This document shows positions 8,584-15,530 of a stretch of DNA of 22,103 bases, in pieces. Location: positions 1-22,103 of the forward strand of contig JAOZIF010000018.1 in NCBI GenBank assembly GCA_026014495.1, given 5' to 3'. The position numbers and the translations under genes were made by a program. The stretch's first letter is position 1. Each line of letters starts with the position of its first letter. Under the pieces are notes generated by a model. The model made no database searches. It had not been told where the DNA came from and saw nothing but the letters and a program-made list of their open reading frames with translations. This stretch comes from Candidatus Bathyarchaeum sp. Lineage in GTDB: Archaea > Thermoproteota > Bathyarchaeia > Bathyarchaeales > Bathyarchaeaceae.

Positions 8584-8860
8584 GTCTATTTCACCATTAC
8601 ACTAACTGAGAAACAAGCTCTATGCAGAACTCGAATTGCTGTGATTGTTCAGTAGTGAACACTTCAAAGTGTGGATGTGACGTTTCAGCTATTAACAACA
8701 TGCAGAGTTCTCATTAATTTGATATCTAAGCAAGTGCCCATTTACGTCTTAAACAGTTTTTGGTAATCCATGTTATTTTGTCACATTTTTGGAGAACTTA
8801 GCTTGTTTTATTGGTAAAAGATATGTACCTTGGTAGTAGACTATTTTTGGGGTTAATCTA

Positions 8861-9802
8861 GTGATTGACGCTGTTATTGTTCAGTTGCTGATTCTTGGTG
8901 TATCCCTAGTTATTTTGGCTCTTTCTAGCCATTACACAATAAACGCTATCGAGAAACTTATAGCACTCACTGGATTAAGCGAGATGTCAGCTGGGTTCAT
9001 TCTTTTGGCTACTTTGACTTCTGTTCCTGAAATAATTGTAGCACTGTTTGCTGTTCTGGACGGAGAGCCTGGAATAAGTATAGGCGACATTCTTGGCTCT
9101 AACGTTTTTAATATCGGAGCAGTTTTGGGAATATTGGGGCTGTTGGGGTATCTTAAAACCTGTTGCACAGATATGTTATTGGACTTAACAGACATTCTTT
9201 TTCTAACATCCTTGATTCCTCTGCTTCTTGTAATATTCAGCGTATCCAGTCCTGTGGTTGGAATTCTTTTGTTGGGAACTTTTGTTGCAAACACCTATTT
9301 TATGGCAAAAAAGAGAACACCCACCGTAGAAGTCAACGGCAACTCTCAGGCTGTCAAAAAGAAGGGAAGAATGACCAAAGTAATTGCTCTGTTAGCAATT
9401 GGCTTAATCGGTGTCATTGTTTCTGCACGCTTAGTTGTTTCATCAGGAATCGAAATCGCAAGTATTCTAGGTGCTCCAGCAATACTGCTTGGCGCAAAAG
9501 TCATCGCCATAGGCACATCACTTCCCGAATTCACTACCGACCTTGCAGCTGTCAGACGCGGACGAGTTCACTTAGCTATAGGAGGAATTATCGGCTCCAA
9601 CTTGACAAATCTCACTCTTGTTTTAGGTTTAGTTCTTCTAACCTCGCCCTCTGTTGACATAACAATCCTAACAGAACTTCTTCCATTCCTTCTGATAACA
9701 ACAGTAATCTTTTGGCGATTTCTCACAAGAGGCGGAATCTCAAAATTTGGCGGCGCACTACTACTAGCAACATACCTGCTGTTTCAAATTCTCGTCATCT
9801 GA
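8861..9802 (+). CDS. CaCA family Na+(K+)/Ca2+ exchanger (YrbG/NCX_Mj-like)
   Basis: Alpha-1 repeat TLTSVPE...GSNVFN and alpha-2 repeat IGTSLPE...GSNLTN; about 10 hydrophobic segments; GTG start. Confidence 0.92.
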   Translation: MIDAVIVQLLILGVSLVILALSSHYTINAIEKLIALTGLSEMSAGFILLATLTSVPEIIVALFAVLDGEPGISIGDILGSNVFNIGAVLGILGLLGYLKTCCTDMLLDLTDILFLTSLIPLLLVIFSVSSPVVGILLLGTFVANTYFMAKKRTPTVEVNGNSQAVKKKGRMTKVIALLAIGLIGVIVSARLVVSSGIEIASILGAPAILLGAKVIAIGTSLPEFTTDLAAVRRGRVHLAIGGIIGSNLTNLTLVLGLVLLTSPSVDITILTELLPFLLITTVIFWRFLTRGGISKFGGALLLATYLLFQILVI

Positions 9803-9803
9803 C

Positions 9804-9827
9804 CCGCAGCGGCGCTCTTTTCTTTTT
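9804..9827 (+). terminator. Putative T-rich terminator after the exchanger gene
   Basis: GC-rich CCGCAGCGG then TTTTCTTTTT immediately after the stop. Confidence 0.45.
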
Positions 9828-10190
9828 AATAATTAATTCAGAATCTTTCTCTTCCTTTTACTAGCTATCAGCAATTTCAGTTGTTTGTTGCCAAACCTAT
9901 CCGCGCATATTAGGAGACTAATAGAGGTACATTGTTGAAAACAACCTTTTTTCTGTTTTTCACGCAGAACAATTATTCTAACATTTATCCAGCAGTTCTT
10001 GTTTAACTTAGGTTCCTAACTGGTAATTCCTGCGTCAATGTTACCCTGATGTTGTTTGGATTGTTTGCATGCGCTTTCTTTGGTTACCTGCCTATAAAAA
10101 AATGCCACTGCCGAAAGTTATGTTTATTAATTGAAGAGCCTGACTATTCGATAATTCGAATAAGTCGTTGTTTTGAGGGGAACTGCTGGC

Positions 10191-11399
10191 ATGACTAAGC
10201 CTTTCGTGATGATTACGGCAACCGGAAAAGACAAACCCGGTTTAACAACAGAGATAACTGAATTAATTGCCAACGCAAACGGAAACATTGTTGACATCGA
10301 AGCCTTCAGCATGAGAGGACTCTTTGCTATATTTATGATTGTGGACTGTCGCGTAATGTCCGTGTCTCTTGAGAATCTAAGATGTCAGCTTGTAGACATG
10401 GGAAAGAAAATAGGATTGGACGTTAACATCGAAGCTATTCCATCTGTGCAGCGAAAGAGTGGCAAAAAGCTTGTGCTTTTAACAACTCTTGGGAAGGACA
10501 GGCCGGGTATTGTGGCAAAGGTTTCACGTTTTCTTTCTGAGAAAAACGCAAACATTGAGCGGATACGGATGATTGCCTATGGTGAATTGAATGCTATGGA
10601 AATAGTGATTGACGTTAATGACCTAGCTGTTCCAATGGACGACTTCAAAGAAGCCTTGAGCAAAGAATGTAAAATGGTTGGGCAAGATGTTGTTTTTCAG
10701 AAGGACACAGTTTTCCGTAGACCAAAACGGCTGATTGTTTTTGATGTGGATGGTACCCTAATTGATGCTGAAATGATTGATGAGCTAGCAAAGGTTGCTG
10801 GAGTGGGCGGAAAAGTCAGCGAAATTACGTCAAGAGCAATGAATGGCGAAATTGAGTTTAAGCAGGCACTCAAGGAACGTGTTCACTTGTTGAAGGGTTT
10901 GCCTGTGGGTGTTCTTGATTCTATAGTTGAAAACTTGGATGTAACTCCGGGAGCCGAGGAACTGATACTAGCGCTTAAAGCTTTGGGCTACAAGATAGCT
11001 CTTATTTCGGGCGGCTTCACTCAGTTTGTTGAAAAAATCAAAGAAAAACTTGACATCGACTATGTTTACGCCAACAAGCTTGTGATTGAAAACGGAAAAT
11101 TAACTGGCGAAGTTGTGGAGCCAATAATTGATGCAGAACGAAAAGCTGAGTTGATGCAAGAAATTGCAGAGAAAGAGAATCTTTTAATGGAGCAGGTGGT
11201 TGCGGTTGGTGATGGAGCTAATGACCGTTTTATGCTCCAAAATTCTGGGTTAGGGATTGCTCTTTATCCTAAGGAGGTTCTTCAAAAAGTGGCTTCTGGG
11301 GTCATAACTAAGGACAATCTTGCTGGAATTCTATACTGTTTGGGTGCACCTGAAGAAAAACTTAAAGAGTTGGTTCCAGACAAGAAGTCGCATTCTTGA
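10191..11399 (+). CDS. serB: Phosphoserine phosphatase SerB with two N-terminal ACT domains
   Basis: ACT motifs GKDKPGL and GKDRPGIV; HAD motifs FDVDGT, ISGGF, RKAE, VGDGAND. Start moved from TTG 10173 to ATG 10191 because GAGGGG lies at 10175-10180. Confidence 0.92.
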   Translation: MTKPFVMITATGKDKPGLTTEITELIANANGNIVDIEAFSMRGLFAIFMIVDCRVMSVSLENLRCQLVDMGKKIGLDVNIEAIPSVQRKSGKKLVLLTTLGKDRPGIVAKVSRFLSEKNANIERIRMIAYGELNAMEIVIDVNDLAVPMDDFKEALSKECKMVGQDVVFQKDTVFRRPKRLIVFDVDGTLIDAEMIDELAKVAGVGGKVSEITSRAMNGEIEFKQALKERVHLLKGLPVGVLDSIVENLDVTPGAEELILALKALGYKIALISGGFTQFVEKIKEKLDIDYVYANKLVIENGKLTGEVVEPIIDAERKAELMQEIAEKENLLMEQVVAVGDGANDRFMLQNSGLGIALYPKEVLQKVASGVITKDNLAGILYCLGAPEEKLKELVPDKKSHS

Positions 11400-11418
11400 C
11401 TGTAACTCTCTTTAAACG

Positions 11419-11823
11419 TTACGTTCTGAATTGTCTGATTTTCAGTATGTCTTTGTTTACATCTTGAAACGTTTTATAGACGTCTTCTACATGTAAAGCT
11501 GAATTTTTTACTCTGTTTTGAACAAGTCCCGCTACTAGGACTGCGGCGCCTATTGTTTCACTTATGGGTGTGGGTTCTGGAAGCGTTATCAGGGTTATCG
11601 CGAGTTTGATTAGTTTGGACTTTTTTTCTCCTTTCCATAACTTTTGGGCGTTATTCACGTCTTTGGACATTTCCTGTATAACTTCAAGAGTTTCTGTGTA
11701 GCTTAGCCCAAGCTCTTGGAGTACAACAGACATTCTTTCAATTTCTCTTTTTTCCACGATAAACCACGTTTTATGGCAGATATTAAGATGAGTGTTACTT
11801 CGTTCTAGCACAAAAGCTTTCAT
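11419..11823 (-). CDS. Hypothetical protein with a hydrophobic helical hairpin (LIKLAITLITLPEPTPISETIGAAVLVAGL)
   Basis: Open frame 11419-11967. The start is uncertain (TTG 11967, ATG 11823 or ATG 11733); the C-terminal ~100 aa look protein-like. Confidence 0.6.
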   Translation of the reverse strand: MKAFVLERSNTHLNICHKTWFIVEKREIERMSVVLQELGLSYTETLEVIQEMSKDVNNAQKLWKGEKKSKLIKLAITLITLPEPTPISETIGAAVLVAGLVQNRVKNSALHVEDVYKTFQDVNKDILKIRQFRT

Positions 11824-12228
11824 GCTCAAAAAATGCACAAAAGCAGTCTTTACGCGTTTCTGACTGCTAAAAAGTTTCAGCAAATTATGCAAAAGCGGTT
11901 CCACAACCCCTCTTTTTTTAACTGAAACCGCCAATTTTATATTGAAACTTTTTAGTGGTTTCCGCAATTAATCAAAAGCTGTTTTACTTTTTTTATGCCT
12001 GCTCTGATCTGTGGCTTTTAAGTGCAAACTGATTTGTTAACCTTGCCATTTTTTCGTCTTTTTTGTCAATTTTTCTTAAAATACTTGTAATTGAAGCACT
12101 AATCGTCATTTACGTTTGATTATTGATGTTTCCTGTCGAGACTTTTTGCTGTTTGGTTCTTGTTCATTTCCGTAGCGTTAATATTCATGAATCATTAAAC
12201 ATAACAGCGTTCTGAGGAGAATAGATAT

Positions 12229-12771
12229 TTGGTGGATAAACCTATTGGTGAAGAGATTCGTAACCGGTTTCCTAGGTTAACAATGAGTCTGGTAATGGCT
12301 ATTATTTTTTATTTAATAAGCACAATTGTTCCACCATTAATGGATGACATATTCCTTCCTGGCATCAACTTTAACGCTGGTATGCTGGTGGGAACTATCG
12401 CATTGATTTTCACAGCAATTTTTCTAATACGTGCATTAGCTGATGGTCTGGTGTTAAGTGACATTTTGACAGACATTTTTGTAAAGCGATTGGGAATAAA
12501 GGAAGAGCGGTCTCCTAGACGTGCCGCTAGAGATGCTATTTACATTATAGTTGTAATTTTGATTACAACTGCTCTGTACCCAATCATAAACACTTTGGAG
12601 CCAAATCTTAGCGATGCGCTGTCGATTGGCACCACATATGTTGCTCTTGCAATTATTCTTATTCTAATATATGATATTGGGCGCATTCTTTATCGGATAG
12701 TCGAACGGAAAGCTGAATCTATGGCAGACGGTCTCGCTAAAATGACTGACCGAATGAAAAACAGGGAGTAA
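12229..12771 (+). CDS. Hypothetical membrane protein (~4 TM), first gene of the permease operon
   Basis: GAGGAG SD at 12214-12219; TTG start (GTG 12232 is an alternative); four hydrophobic segments; 1 nt gap to the next gene. Confidence 0.8.
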   Translation: MVDKPIGEEIRNRFPRLTMSLVMAIIFYLISTIVPPLMDDIFLPGINFNAGMLVGTIALIFTAIFLIRALADGLVLSDILTDIFVKRLGIKEERSPRRAARDAIYIIVVILITTALYPIINTLEPNLSDALSIGTTYVALAIILILIYDIGRILYRIVERKAESMADGLAKMTDRMKNRE

Positions 12772-12772
12772 A

Positions 12773-14044
12773 ATGGACGAAGTTCAAATAATCTTTATTC
12801 TCGTTTACCTGCTGACCATTTTGCTATCTGCTACTAAAGTTGTTCCCATGTCCGTGGCTGCCATGATTGGAGCCTTACTCGCGGCTTGGTTTGGTCTGCT
12901 CTATGAAGTGTTTGACTATGGCGAAGCTTTGGGCTTCATTGACATGGAGCTAATATTTTTGCTGCTTGGTGTTATGATTGTAGTGGAAGTGGCTGAGCGA
13001 AGCGGTCTTTTTCGTTTTGGCGCTTTGTATGCAGTAAAAGTTTCAGGCGGAAACCCTAGCATCCTTTTTGTTTCTATTTGTGTAATCGCTGCGGCTGTCT
13101 CAGTGTTTCTTAGCGACCCAACAGCAATGTTGCTTATCGCCGCTGCAATGGCAACAATAACCAAGCTGTTACGTTACGATCCTGTACCCTACTTCATTTC
13201 TGCCATGATAATGATCAATCTGGGTGGAACAAGCACTCTAATTGGCTCTGTTTCTAACATGGTAATTGGTCTTGAAGCAGGGATGAGCTTCACTGCCTTC
13301 ATTGGATATTTGGCTGTTTGTGAAATTGCTCTCTGGGGAATAACAATATTCGCTTTATACATGCTCTTCAGAAAACGACTTGGGGAGAAAAAAGAACTGC
13401 CTGACTATAATCCTTGGGAGAGCGTTGAAAACAAATCGCTCTTTTACCGTTCCATCCTGATTCTTCTTCTTCTTATAATTCTCTTTTTGACGTTAGATAA
13501 CCTTGGAATTGGAGCCGAAGCTGTTGCCTTGGGCTGCGCTGTCGTTGCTTTGGCTTTGAGCGGTTCGGACCCTGCAGAGATTTTCAAAAAACTGGACTGG
13601 GAGACCATCTTTTTTATTTCAGGTTTCATGTTCGTGGTTGGTGGTCTAGAACGCACTGGATTCTTGGCCGAAATATCGGCGCAGCTTTTTCAAACAGTTG
13701 GACAAACCCCGTTAGGATCTACATTGACAACTTTGTGGTTTAGTGGTCTTGCTAGCACTGCTGTAAGTAACATTGCAATTGCCCTCACTTTTGCCCCGAT
13801 GATTAGTGGAGTTGCTGCATTAAACTCGGCGCCTGTGTGGTCAGCTTTGGTTTTGGGAACGAATTTGGGAGGAGCTACTACTCCTTTGAGTGGTGCTGTA
13901 ACAATGATGGGTGTGGGCGCCCTCAAACGTGAGGGAATATCTCTAAGTTTTGCTGAGTTCACAAAAGTGGGTATTATTACGTCCCTTATTCAGTTAGGCT
14001 TTGCAAGCTTTTATTTAATTATACGCTTCAATTTATGGGTGTGA
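12773..14044 (+). CDS. Ion-transporter superfamily permease (ArsB/NhaD/CitMHS/SLC13-like)
   Basis: About 11-12 TM; IDMELIFLLLGVM...ERSGLF, NLGGTSTLIG..SN, LDWETIFF..GFMFVVGGLERTG, GTNLGG repeats typical of this fold. Confidence 0.88.
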   Translation: MDEVQIIFILVYLLTILLSATKVVPMSVAAMIGALLAAWFGLLYEVFDYGEALGFIDMELIFLLLGVMIVVEVAERSGLFRFGALYAVKVSGGNPSILFVSICVIAAAVSVFLSDPTAMLLIAAAMATITKLLRYDPVPYFISAMIMINLGGTSTLIGSVSNMVIGLEAGMSFTAFIGYLAVCEIALWGITIFALYMLFRKRLGEKKELPDYNPWESVENKSLFYRSILILLLLIILFLTLDNLGIGAEAVALGCAVVALALSGSDPAEIFKKLDWETIFFISGFMFVVGGLERTGFLAEISAQLFQTVGQTPLGSTLTTLWFSGLASTAVSNIAIALTFAPMISGVAALNSAPVWSALVLGTNLGGATTPLSGAVTMMGVGALKREGISLSFAEFTKVGIITSLIQLGFASFYLIIRFNLWV

Positions 14045-14295
14045 ATAAGTTGGTCAAAAAATGGATTGAACCTAGAGACATAAAACCAGAATCCGATTAT
14101 GAAGAAGCTAAAAGAAAGTTTGAAATGGCTATGGGGAAACCATTCATTACGTTGCAATTGGAAATTCCAGCAGGATTCGAAGACTTCAGCAACGATTTTC
14201 GTAAACTGGAAACTGATCAGCAATTCTATGAAGAAGTCAAGGACCTAGTAAAAAAGCGTCTCCTGCTTGACTCACGTCACAAAAAGAGTTCCTAG
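14041..14295 (+). CDS. Small soluble hypothetical protein translationally coupled to the permease
   Basis: GTG at 14041 overlaps the permease TGA (GTGA); ATG 14035 is an alternative; charged 84-aa product. Confidence 0.7.
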   Translation: MNKLVKKWIEPRDIKPESDYEEAKRKFEMAMGKPFITLQLEIPAGFEDFSNDFRKLETDQQFYEEVKDLVKKRLLLDSRHKKSS

Positions 14296-14434
14296 CTAAT
14301 ATTTTGTCTTCATTGTGGTTTGTTCTTTTGTCTTTTGTTGAGAACAAACTGTCTTCTTTTGGTAAACTTCAAAACTATTTAATTAATATAAAATAATCAA
14401 ACACAAAAAAAAGGACTGAGCCTCTTATTTGTTG

Positions 14435-14845
14435 CTACTCGTCGTTATCGTCTAGCATTTCCTTCAAAGAGTCCACTTCTTCTCGAAGCGAAGCTATCTC
14501 TTCTTCCAGAGTGCTGGCTTTAGTTTCTCCTGTTCTCTTGAGTTCCTCGATTTCTTCCAGAAGTTCAGCTCTTTCGTTTTTCAATTTCTCAAGTTTTTCC
14601 CTTAAGTCGTCCAACGTTTGTGTGAACCCCCTCTCAATTCCTTTAATTTCCTCAACCACGCCTTTAAAAGTTCCCTTCTCTATCTGTTTTTCTAGGACAC
14701 TCAGAAACCTTTTTTCGCATTCTGGACACATGAAAAACCCTAACGTGAGTTCAATCTCTTTGTCCGTTTTGTTGGCTCTACCAATCATGGACCATGTTTT
14801 GTTTGGGTTGGATACTTCCGTTCCACATCTGGGACAAGCTGACAA
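14435..14845 (-). CDS. Cren7-like zinc-ribbon protein fused to a C-terminal coiled coil
   Basis: CPRCG-x7-KTWSMIGR...LTLGFFMCPECEKRF resembles the Cren7 K-x-W...IGLF..P..GK.FR pattern with added Zn ligands; residues ~60-133 show heptad periodicity; GAGG 9 nt upstream of TTG. Confidence 0.7.
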   Translation of the reverse strand: MSACPRCGTEVSNPNKTWSMIGRANKTDKEIELTLGFFMCPECEKRFLSVLEKQIEKGTFKGVVEEIKGIERGFTQTLDDLREKLEKLKNERAELLEEIEELKRTGETKASTLEEEIASLREEVDSLKEMLDDNDE

Positions 14846-14896
14846 TTATTAGCCTCAATACTAGTTGAAGATGTTTCGTTAAAAAGTTTTAATGGT

Positions 14897-15010
14897 CTAT
14901 TGCGGTTTTACTTGATTTATGGCTTTGAGTATGAGTTGCTGTTTTTCTTCACACTTGTTAGTTTTGGTATGTTGTTTTTGGGTTGGGGCTGCAGTTAATT
15001 GGTTTTTCAT
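14897..15010 (-). CDS. Possible 37-aa small ORF (MKNQLTAAPTQKQHTKTNKCEEKQQLILKAINQVKPQ)
   Basis: Hand-translated; ATG 15010 to TAG 14897; weak AGGT 9 nt upstream; below the ORF-track cutoff. Confidence 0.3.
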   Translation of the reverse strand: MKNQLTAAPTQKQHTKTNKCEEKQQLILKAINQVKPQ

Positions 15011-15071
15011 TTCATCTTAACCTGTTCAATATTTATTCCTATTTGTGGAACATACGTTCATTTTTCCACAA

Positions 15072-15127
15072 TTTTTATATTTGAGTTTTCAATATTATTG
15101 ACTTTAGTTGAATATTGGTGAAGGTGA
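15072..15127 (+). promoter_or_regulatory. Putative (possibly bidirectional) TATA element and SD of the 33-aa ORF
   Basis: TTTTTATATTT at 15072-15082; tandem GGTGA (15117-15121) and AGGTGA (15122-15127) before ATG 15128. Confidence 0.5.
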
Positions 15128-15229
15128 ATGTCTCCAGAAACTATTAAAAAACCCAAAACCAAACAAAAAACAAAACTAAACTACACTTGCATAAACTTCA
15201 ATGGCTCATGGTACTTCACCCGCGCCTAA
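15128..15229 (+). CDS. 33-aa small ORF MSPETIKKPKTKQKTKLNYTCINFNGSWYFTRA (not in ORF track)
   Basis: Hand-translated ATG 15128 to TAA 15229; same GGTGA SD with 6 nt spacing as gap and pgk; first in a same-strand run of three genes. Confidence 0.65.
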   Translation: MSPETIKKPKTKQKTKLNYTCINFNGSWYFTRA

Positions 15230-15257
15230 CAATAACTCAAACAATGGGGATAAAATT

Positions 15258-15488
15258 ATGAAGGCTGAATGTTGCGTTAAAGGCGACAAGATAACAAAGA
15301 AATACATGAAAAACGAAACAAGATGCATGATCTGCAATAGCACTGTTTTCAGAGTTGACAGAATCACACCAGAACTTATTATGTTAAGGTGCGAGAACTG
15401 CGGGGAATCTCATATGATAGGCGCCAACCCAGATGAACGTGGCATTCATTTATCCTTCTGGGGTTCAGAAACTGGAGATGATGATTAA
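15258..15488 (+). CDS. Small Zn-ribbon protein (CxxC-x19-CxxC) with an acidic tail
   Basis: CMIC...CENC; GGGGA at 15246-15250 favours ATG 15258 over 15201 (which overlaps the 33-aa ORF); ATG 15306 is also possible. Confidence 0.7.
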   Translation: MKAECCVKGDKITKKYMKNETRCMICNSTVFRVDRITPELIMLRCENCGESHMIGANPDERGIHLSFWGSETGDDD

Positions 15489-15530
15489 CTAACTATTCAT
15501 TGTCAAAAATTATGATGGAGAAAAAATGAT

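Noticed and set aside
9830-10130. ~300-nt spacer before serB with a ~60-codon stop-free minus frame and a 24-codon plus ORF
   Set aside because: The minus frame has no usable start near its 5' end; neither product resembles a known protein; no repeats or RNA structure recognised.
11993-12109. 38-aa minus-strand ORF (MTISASITSILRKIDKKDEK...)
   Set aside because: No SD, no distinctive motif; lies in an AT-rich divergent promoter region.
14879-14892. TTAAAA-AG-TTTTAA palindrome upstream of the Cren7-like gene
   Set aside because: Nearly all A/T and at TATA distance from the start; most simply the promoter itself.
15201-15257. ORF-track N-terminal extension of the Zn-ribbon gene
   Set aside because: It overlaps the better-supported 33-aa ORF in another frame and lacks an SD; ATG 15258 has GGGGA upstream.
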